Of a stretch of 64,000 bases of DNA, positions 54,571 to 64,000 are shown piece by piece. The DNA comes from Paraphysomonas bandaiensis (lineage: Eukaryota > Protista > Chrysophyceae). Below the pieces are notes generated by a model, which ran no database searches, was not told the origin of the DNA, and worked only from the letters and a program-made list of their open reading frames with translations. The DNA lies in assembly GCA_965644295.1 (NCBI GenBank), contig CBFFRP010000406.1:62001-126000 (forward strand), read 5' to 3'. The translations under genes were made by a program, and so were the position numbers. Position 1 is the stretch's first letter; every line of letters begins with the position of its first letter.

Positions 54571-57500
54571 CTACGCCAATTCATAACAGGGCACACAGTA
54601 TCCACCATCCGTTCCACAGGTTGCAGTATCGGATGTGTCTATCTTGAAACGTTTTCTAGCCCCGTCGGACTCCTCACCTTCAACACTAACACTCGCTCGC
54701 TTAGCATCATCTTCAGAGTTACTTTTTCCCTCATGCTGTTGCTGTCCCTTAGGGGCTCGTCCACCTATGCGTCTCCCCATTTTTTCAATATCCGCTGACA
54801 CCCTTTCCATAGCAGTGTACGTGTCATCATGCATAAGAGGAAGCAATGCTTTTCTAAGATTATTGAAAAGTGATGGAATCATCGTCTCTTCTTGGCTAAG
54901 TAGCTTCTTAACACGTGCTCGTTCCTGTACATTGTTAGACACCCTTCAGCAGAGCAGTTGCCACCACATACTTTCGGCTCCTCGAAACAGGCGGGACAGT
55001 TCTCATTAATCACCGGTAGTCTTGATTGAAGACTGAAGTCCCTACAACCGAAAGTTAACTAGAGTGTGCACGGCATAACTATCAGTACCTTGTATACGTT
55101 TCACGAACATATACAAACGGTCGGATTACGCGAATATCTTCGGCGTCAATGCGATAATTAGCTTTCATGGTTCGAATCTGCGACAGGTATGAAAGCTTAA
55201 CTGCATCGTTTCATTGTACACAGACACTACATACTTGTCCATTGTGTAAAGCTGACATAATGAAACTCTCGGCAAGGTCGTCAAGATGTTGGGCTAGTAC
55301 TAGCTTATTGTAATTATTGTTTCTATGACATTCTGTTAACAACATATACAGGGCACAAAGAGTTATATGAATACCTGCAGCACGAGTACAGAAGCCCCCT
55401 CTTGAAACGAGCACAGAAAGCACAGAGCGAGTCACCCTGTACTCAAAATGTTAACATAACACAAATATTTGAGTTTGAGCGTACCTGCATCTTTGACTTG
55501 GCTAACTCCACGATGGGCTCAGACAAGTAATGATACGTGATACCAAGGCTCTTCATGTATGGAATAAGGGGAGAAGGGTCGAAAGACTCCGTCTGGGGAT
55601 CCACAGTAGCACAGGCTATTGTGAACTTTACAGGGGCTTTTTTCTACAATAGCATTAAGCGAGCACGGGACAGCATTCTCATAAACTAACCTGCAGATGC
55701 AACAAAATATGAAGCATTGAGAGACTATCCTTCCCCCCTGAGAGACCAAGTAACAAGCGATCCCCCTGTTGGTCAATACAGTTAATACTCACTACCTATG
55801 CAGCATATTTACACCACCTCTTCGATCATAGACCAGTCGGCTATGGCCTGTCCCACTAGCTTCATGAGTTTCTTGGGAGGAACAATTGGTTTCACAGTGT
55901 GGACAGGAGAATCGGACACATCACCGCCAAATGTAACATCTTTTCCGCTTAGCATCTTTTTACTACCATCTACAATCGGCTCCTCGATTGAAGTAGACAA
56001 TGGGCGAGAAATCTGAGAAGGCATTACTGGGCATGTGCCTGTGGTAGCTGGAGCTGCACTTAGCTGTGGACGCTGTTCCTGCGGAAGCGACCCCTTCCCA
56101 GATATACCGACCAGGGCACTGGGGTCAGTGTATCTAGGGGGAACCTGAGCACTGGTCTTGCTGCCACCTCTACTTTCCATTTTTTTGTCCCTTTTTTGTG
56201 CATACAGCGAAGGTGTGCTAGATGATTGAGAAATGTTGCGCCGGATGCTCTCCGTATTTAAGTCAGAGTCAGAGAAGAATCTGTTAGGTCGAATAGGACC
56301 TTTTATTTCAAAAGCGCTAATTTGGTCGCTAACCAGGATCGGTAAATTAGAAGTGAAGTCTGAAGGCATTACAAACCACCGTAGCCCTTCGTGGGATCCG
56401 AGATCCATTTCAGCTGTGGGTGCAGAGTGCGTCTTTCCTTTTCCTAGTTTTTTTGTGTTTTCAGCTTGTATCCTCGCAGCCTCCTTCTCAGCATCCTCGA
56501 GATACTTGCTTAGCTGTGCATTGACATCACTTTCTGCAATTGCATCGTCATTGGGAACGGATTCAAGAGGATTAAATGAGGAAAGCCAACGGCGTTCTGG
56601 GAACTTCGTGAGGCGTGAAGTATGCGCCCACTCTCCAGTGCGGTGGTTGTATCTATAAACATGCATTACCATCATAATGCAGCAAGTATACGATTTTATC
56701 ACATAAAACATAATAAGTGAAAGTATGTACAGACAATCTGAAATAAAACTATTAGGAAAATATTAAAAAGTTACCTGTAGTGCGGTAAGAACAGGACCCC
56801 CTTATCCGCAACGAATTCAACGCATCGCATGACATACTCAATTCTTTCCGAACCCATAAAGTAGGGCAGTGAGAGGCGCGTGTAGCCGGGTCTAAGTACT
56901 TCCTGCTTATCAAGGAGCGCTACCTCGATAGCGGCATTTACAGCTTTAGTATCCTCGCTCACACCATCACATACGCCCAATAGCCATTGGCTGTAAGGTC
57001 CAGCGCACATGCACCCACCTGTGCATCATGAGCAATGGAAGAAAGGGAAAAACAAAGCACACCTCTGCTTTGCACTCCAAACAAGTCGTTGAGTAGTGCA
57101 CAAACGAAGTTATAATGCAGGAATCTGCTGCTTCCTCTGGGTTGTACGAGGAAGGAAACCAGCGGTAGGTGATCGGCACAAGACGCGGTGAGAACAGTTG
57201 AGGTGGGGTGACCTAAGACGTGAATTGCAGGATGGGATGCGAGACGTGCATGAACTCGCTTTGCCGTTGAAATCTCTTCCTGATGTATCCATCCTGAACC
57301 TAATGGTACACTCTCTTTATCGGAAGGTGATGAATCGGGGTAGCTTACCGACTAATTGCTTCAGATGCACCACAAGCCCAAGCTTCACATCTCCGATTAT
57401 GTTAGGGGTGCCTCCTTCTTCTCTCTCTTCTCGATTGGATAGATATCGGTGACTGTCCCCTGAGACATAGAAGACAGTTCCACCACCAGGAGTCGTTGGC

Positions 57501-58868
57501 TCCTCCTGGTTACTCGGGACCAGCCGCTTCTTCGCAACCAATACACCTGGGGTCCCTACATCATTGTGTAAAGAATGACCCAGAACCAGTGTCACAAATA
57601 ATAACCTGGTCCACCGACAAACTTATGTCCAGAGAACACGACGGCATCTTTATAGACATAAGGTGCGTCATTTCCAGTAACGACGGGATTCATATCGATC
57701 TAGGGTACGACAGTAAGTACGAACTAGCTATCGTGGAAGTGGGAAAATGATACCTTTACGTATGGGGCAGCTGTGGCGTAATCAAAAACAGCAAGCCCTC
57801 CAGCACGATGCATGGCCACAGCTAAAGCATCTACATCAGTTAGTATACCTGGCATACATGTCAAAAGCGACGAGACGAAAAAATACCCAACCGGTAACAT
57901 TGCTGGCAGCAGCAAAGGCTCCTATCTTGAGTTTTCTGTTGCTGTACTCCTTTAGCTCCTGGTCTAGGTGCTCAAGACACACTCCTGTTACCGGACAGAA
58001 TCTTATAGTGACAACATCCACCTCCGCTTCACGCCTTTTCACAGTTATTAGACATAAATATTGGTGATGCAATACGTACCAGGGCAAGAGATTGGAATGG
58101 TGCTCATACGATGAGGTGAACACAACAGGCCGCAAAGATATATCCTCGTTGGCTTGCTACAAGAGTGATGATAAGGGAGCACATACTTCACATGAACTTC
58201 GTCACCTCAGGTAAGGGTAAATGGAGACCTAGAGATAGAACTAGTTTGTTGACAGCAGCGGTGGTGCCGTTGCCAGTGAAGAGGACAATATCCGTAGAAG
58301 CCTTCCCAGTAATCTATTGGCGATATATACAATCAATAAATGAAGCATGGCTAAGGATAGAAAACCTTCGCATTTACAGCCTGTGCTATTATCTGACGAG
58401 ACTCGTGACGAAAGCAGGTAGACTATATCACAAGCGCATCGTAAACATAGAAAAATATATAGTTTATTCTTAACCTGATGGCCAGTCCTTGAAGTTGTGG
58501 TATGTGTATTCCCATAGTAAGGAAGCACCTCATTAGCCATATATGATTCAATCTAAACTCGTATGAGTGACAATTGTCGTTAGCATAAGATGCGTTCTAT
58601 CTCTGACCTGGTTGAGCCCCCGCCCACTTGCCGTCCAGTCCACATACACACACGCGCGCTCACCATACGGCCCCATAAACATCTTATTATCACCCACGAT
58701 GTTATCTCTGATGGACTGCACAATGCCAGTGACGTTGTTTCGTCCAGTGGCAGCAGCAGAGAAGGAGGAAGCTGGAGTATCAGCGTCGACCACTCGCTCT
58801 GTCTCATGTGCAGCGTCATCGATACCGCCGAACGGCCTGTAGCCCTCAGTGTCCATGGATGAACTCAT
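54571..58868 (-). CDS. Class-V PLP aminotransferase (cysteine desulfurase-like) fused to a TtcA-type PP-loop tRNA thiolase
   Basis: YVDWTASG, YGNTHT, EHHSNLLPW, FSGHKFVGGP, EGGTPNI and RGGCMCAGPY. A low-complexity linker is followed by GDRLLLGLSGGKDSL, CAFCSRFKRG, LAQHLDDLAES and NENCPACF. Confidence 0.85.
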
Positions 58869-59437
58869 TTATGTCCTTTAAATCAATCGATTGTGGCTAC
58901 AGTGTGTCAGAAACAAGACACATCGCCTGGTTAGTTAGTTATGTGGTGTGGAATATGTTGAGTATGTCACAGTACTCCTCTATAGCATACTGCATACAGC
59001 AGTACAGTAGCTGTGGAGTACGGCATATATACTGCTGTGTGTACTCCATGGTACCAAAGGAATATACGCACTGTAGTCTATCGTATTCACCAGAGAACAT
59101 TTCAATGGCGTCCAATAAAATCGCAACCCTACCATTATAAAGCGGTGTACGGAATTCCTCGCATATTGATCTCTTTAAGGACGTACCCGTATACCTATTC
59201 TGCTTATATACAGGTACGAATAGATATGAATAGGAATGAATATACTGTACCTGTACCTGTACCAGGAAGCGTCATAGTGTTGGGAACATGCCACTGTGCC
59301 GTATATAGTATAGTATACTCTGCTGTATATCATACATACACATCTCTAACATATAGAAGAGCCCACACACATATAGAAGAGTCTGTCCAGAAGTGGATCG
59401 TGACATCTGTTCTAGTTTACGCCATACCCACATAGAG

Positions 59438-61295
59438 ATGATAATTCGAGTGCGTACTCAGATAGGTACCTGGAAGGTGAAAGACGTGAGCGGTGCGGAT
59501 ACTCTGAGCACTATTCGAGTCAGGTATGGGAGGCGTGACGCGTATCTGTCTGCTAATCTCTGAATGAAGAGTGGAGCAAGAGCATCATACCAAACTCGTC
59601 GATCAGCAGTTTTCTCGTGACCCTCAGGGTGTGCAGCTGCAGTCCTCATACTCTTGTTATTGTTTAATATGGATGCAGGGAAGTCCCCTATTGGGGAGTA
59701 CGAGACTGTGGCAGGAGCGGGACTGCAAAACGGAGATATGATATACATCAGTGTTGATGAGAACGTCACAGGGGTACACGAGCAATCTCAGGGCAGCAAG
59801 TTTATCACAAAGGATGGAAATATTGTCGCTCTAGACTACAGCGAAACTTCTAATAAATCTGGATTTCGACCCGGTATGATGGCATTACGGGACATAAAAA
59901 AGCAATGGACTCTGACTGAGTTTGAAAGTTTGGACTCCCAGTTTGTATATCGCATAAAGCAGGCTGAAAATCCCGTTTGCAAAATTGCTTCTCTTGACCA
60001 GCCCTCCATGGACAACTTCCAGACGTATGTTCGAAATTTTGACTTTCAAAGAATGAGGTAGATGTCTAGTCCATGTTTCTATTGTTTTCTAATGTGACTC
60101 AATCTAATATACAGGGTAGGATTTTTGTATGGGAGATTCACTGATGACAACTCTGTGCGTGCGGAATGCATTTACGAGCCTCCTCAGGATGCAGATAATG
60201 TCTCATTTCAACTCCTGGATGATCCTATGGCGGTACCACTCCCTGATTTGCTTGCTTCTGCTGTTTTCAAAGATGTTGCAGGGTCATGTGGAGAGCATCG
60301 CAGCGCATCTAGGATTGAAGCGAGTGGGATGGATCATAGCGCATCCTCCAAGAGAAGAAGGGTTCTTCCTCTCTGGTATGCACTCTGTACTGTACTGTCC
60401 CTTCGTTATATTACATGCTATCAAGTTGTATAGTGCGTCGTGCGTCCTCAAATGCGATGCACACATTATATATTGTGCTTCAGGATACACTGTATGTAGT
60501 TTGAAAGCACTCTGTATACACACTTTCTTATTGTAATTACATGGTGTGTTGAACCTAGTACTTTGCCTTGAGTTACGTTTTATATAATTCCACGTGGTTG
60601 TCGCTCGTGACTGTCTGTGATGCAGGGGCTGAAGTTATCACTGCGGCCGAGCTTCAATTAGAGGCAGCAGACGGAATCGAAGACACGCCTTTTGTAACTG
60701 TGTCGGTGAGTGACAAACTGTTCGAAGTGAGCGTCCAACTTTCACTATAGGTATCAATGACGGAAGAGGGACAGGTGGTGGCACATGCGTACCAAGTATC
60801 TAAGATGTGTATGGAAATGGCTGCGGAGGGAGCTCTTGGAGTATCTCCTAACCTGGGGACATGTGTTGTGCACCCTCCCTTCTCAGCTGTTATGGAGGGA
60901 AAGGAAACAAGCGAAGTGGATAATAATTTTTTCATTGCTGCAGTCCCTATAGAATTCTACACCTCCGAGGAGCTGGTTAGCTTCTTCCCTCGTGTTAACA
61001 GAGAAGGTGCTATTCCACCCTCACGGGAGGATCTAAAGAGGCAGTTACAAAGGTTCGAATGTGCTGTTATATGTATATTCTAATCAAAGGCGATGACTTT
61101 TTTTTTAGAGTCGGTAAAGAAGGGTGGACTCTGGTAGATATGATTGCTGACTTTCAACTTCTGCTCTTCCTTTCTAACTCTCTGATCGCTGAGCATGATG
61201 TAGCAGCTATTTGTCAATCCATTCGGGACCGAGAAGTACCCCTTGATGAGGGATACGTACTTCTGATTCGGTCTTTCGCAGGGGTTGATATGTAG
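59438..61295 (+). CDS. NPL4: NPL4-family protein (Cdc48/p97-Ufd1 cofactor)
   Basis: MIIRVRT ubiquitin-like start, R-GFLYG, IYEPPQ, LGLKRVGWI, AYQVS and VDNNFF. Confidence 0.88.
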
Positions 61296-61538
61296 GAAAA
61301 GAAAATATCGCAGTTAATTGAGCATGAAGTGAAGATTTGATATTTATAGATTTATTGTTAAGTAAATATTAATATTGTGATGCAAACCTTGTGTTATTAC
61401 CAACCCTACCAAATTAAAGCAATACCGAGAAATGTATTCATCACATTGCGCTTTGCCACCAGTGCGAATCAGCCACTCAACTACTTTACTACCCCAACAA
61501 CTCCTATTCCAAGAATGCGTCCTAGGTCAAAACGGGCA

Positions 61539-61790
61539 GTGAATATCTTAATATTAGCAATAGGCGTTTAAGAGTCCGAGCTAATGTAGCAAAACTATTA
61601 AATAACAAGTGCTTAACTCTGATACCCTACTATTTAGCGCTACGAAAGCTGTCGCACAAGCACCAAGGCGCAACAACTTTCGCTCTCTGTCCTTAAAAGG
61701 TGAAATGGTCCGGATGCTTGGCTTCAGTGCATAGGCATCCCAATACCCCGGATGCCCTTGAGTTGGACCCATTCCCGGATTTGACATGTG
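61539..61790 (-). mobile_element. SINE-like copy D (3' half only)
   Basis: Tail and internal CCGGATGCCCTTG segment match copies A and B. Head absent. Confidence 0.7.
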
Positions 61791-62117
61791 CTGACTCCAG
61801 GACACAGACAGTAACAACCCAATAAATGCAACATTGAAAAAATTAGCGGCATGTTTATTGCAGGTCACCATATTATGCTATGGTGTATGCAGTGAATAAT
61901 CAGATACTCGTTTAACATATTATGTAGAGATGAGAAGACTCTGCGAGTAAATTAAATTGGCAATGTATTCGGAATTGTACTTTGTAAATTAAACATAGGA
62001 AAATAAAACGGTTTGCAACTTACAAATAATGGGAAGTAATGTAGCAAAATACACTGAAAAAGATATTTTCTATAATAGCTTAATCTGCTGGTCAACCCTA
62101 TATATATCTTATAGCTT

Positions 62118-63136
62118 AAGTTGATGTGACCAAACCTGATGAAAATGGTTAAAACGTGGTAAATTTTTGAAATGTCGATTTAAGTTGAGTTGTTGATGAG
62201 TTTTGTAAAATGAGTAATGTAGTAGGTGTATAGAGAACATGTTTTTAGAGACATAAAATAATAAATTTTACATTAGTTACAGATCAAAACCGTGAGAATT
62301 TTATACTTAATTTTATATAATATATTTAACTTATTAGTATTAAACTATTTGATACTTAATTCGCACACATTTTCTTAGGTTGATAAAATGTCAGTTATCT
62401 CACAAAAATATTCATTGGCCATTCCTGTTAACATCTTGTGCGTGTCTGTTGCAAACTCTTGAAGCATTTAAACCAAAAGTCTTGTGCCAACAATTGAAAA
62501 TGAATTTCCTAATATTATTACAAGTACCTGCATATAAAATCATATGATACATTGAAATTCACATTATTTATGTCTTATATTTTCGGATGACTTACCTCTG
62601 AGCACCGATGACAGTATTTTGATTAAAATCATCATTAAACTAACAAAGCTGGCACCCTCAACAAAGTCGACTCGTACCTTTTCGTGGTGTTGTGGAAGAT
62701 AAGTACCGAGATACTTCTCCGGGAAACTAACGTAAGCAGATATAGTCAGCAGAAAATATTCCGGGCTGTGCACCTTCTTAAGAACCCTAAAATTTTGAAG
62801 TCAGCAGATGTCAGGTATATATCAACATTCTACTTTTGCTCACTGCGTTTGCTTTGGGTGATAGAGAGGAGGTGGTTGCACCTTGGTGCTTGCGGAGACA
62901 CACAAGCAGCTTTCGCAACGCTAAATATAGTAGGATATCAGAGTTAAGCAGTGACTCTTAAACTCCTACTGCTAATAATTAACATTCACAACTATCAAAG
63001 CTGGGGGGAATTATATTCTTAATAGAAATGATTATATATAAATTATATAGTAAATAATATTGTCAGTTGACATATATCTGCCTTCCATAAAAATAACAGT
63101 AAAACCAATTAACCGAATTTTATGATCACATCGACT
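62118..63136. mobile_element. TIR element family A copy carrying SINE-like copy C
   Basis: AAGTTGATGTGA... left end and ...ATCACATCGACT right end. The left ~190 bp are homologous to the 41136 end. Confidence 0.6.
62653..62995 (+). mobile_element. SINE-like copy C (short variant, ~340 bp)
   Basis: Same head and tail with a different, shorter body. 9-bp TSD CAAAGCTGG (62644-62652 and 62996-63004). Confidence 0.8.
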
Positions 63137-63345
63137 ACTCGTTTCTGATTAAAATATATATGCTTTATGCTCTATGATACTTTCCATGATACTGTATTCT
63201 TATGAATGAACACTGTGATTATGTTCTCAACACATGAACATGAGTGCCCAAAATTTCATATTAACCATGATGAGTTGTTTATGATTTTACATGGATTTTA
63301 ACTCTTATATTGGAAAAAAGTAATGATAAGTTGATAAGTATATAC

Positions 63346-63468
63346 CAGGACCTCGTAACCATTAATGGCCCATTAATGGTAGTCCAGGTCCCGGAAACTA
63401 TAATGGCATTAATGAAAAATGTCCCGGCAATTATAATGGTCATTGCCATTAATGGTTACCAGGCCCTG
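63346..63468. mobile_element. 123-bp hAT-type MITE
   Basis: TIRs CAGG(A/G)CCT(C/G)GTAACCATTAATGGC and 8-bp TSD GTATATAC (63338-63345 and 63469-63476). Confidence 0.85.
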
Positions 63469-63755
63469 GTATATACGTCTATACTACGTCTGTATAGGGT
63501 AGCCAGATTATATAATATATATATCATTTTAGTTTATATATTTGTCGTTGAGCATGTGTCTCGTACTCACGTACTCACAATGCCAGAGTTATACAGAAAA
63601 GACTATTCCATTACTAATCAATGCGAACCCACTCTTTCCCTTGTCCTCCTAGCTTGTCCATAGATGTATACATACAGATATACAGTAACTTACTTAACAA
63701 GTATATCGTCTCTTTGGATTAATTATTTCGTTTAGCCTCTAACTACTTTTTAGTC

Positions 63756-64000
63756 TTAGCTCTTCTTAAACTTAGATTTTAACTTTTTTCTAGTTTTTGG
63801 TTCTGTTTTAGATAATCCAAAGGCGAAATCTGCACTCGGTACAGTGTTACCTCCAAAAGAACCTGCAGACTGCTGTGAGCCAAACTGGAAAGTTGAACCC
63901 CCTTGCTTTTGCTGTGCTTCCCCAAAACTAAACGACGGGGCAGAGGTAATCGTCGTATTACCACCGATTCCGGTGATTGACTGTGGATTGGGCACACTCA
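63756..64000 (-). CDS. C-terminus of a probable FG-repeat nucleoporin (Nup1/Nup153-like tail)
   Basis: FSFG, FQFG and FAFG repeats ending in a basic tail RKKLKSKFKKS*. The gene enters from the right edge. Confidence 0.5.
   Translation of the reverse strand, partial: SVPNPQSITGIGGNTTITSAPSFSFGEAQQKQGGSTFQFGSQQSAGSFGGNTVPSADFAFGLSKTEPKTRKKLKSKFKKS

Overview
Gene-dense eukaryotic DNA with very short GT-AG introns (mostly ~30-60 nt), most likely from a flagellated stramenopile-type protist (inferred from gene content). Genes sit mainly as head-to-head pairs: an unknown protein with an MFS transporter, a DEAD-box helicase with an Sfi1-like protein, LIS1 with AFG3/FtsH, an actin-related protein with a giant EF-hand protein, an unknown protein with a prolyl-hydroxylase/GlcNAc-transferase fusion, and a cysteine desulfurase-TtcA fusion with NPL4. 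A DM10/EFHC protein and a coiled-coil protein are also present. The tail-to-tail gaps are full of mobile DNA: a young full-length Ty1/copia element with TA...CA LTRs, two solo LTRs, three hAT-type elements with 8-bp TSDs, a second TIR family, a 5'-truncated LINE, and a four-copy SINE-like family. Main findings: (1) the SINE-like family has no obvious tRNA head, begins with an HDV-ribozyme-like fold and shares its structured 3' tail with the LINE in the same window; (2) a five-element nest at 11.9-14.5 kb in which all four inner insertions have readable TSDs; (3) two enzyme fusions, a cysteine desulfurase joined to the bacterial-type tRNA thiolase TtcA, and PhyA joined to Gnt1. Exon boundaries were read by eye and are approximate.
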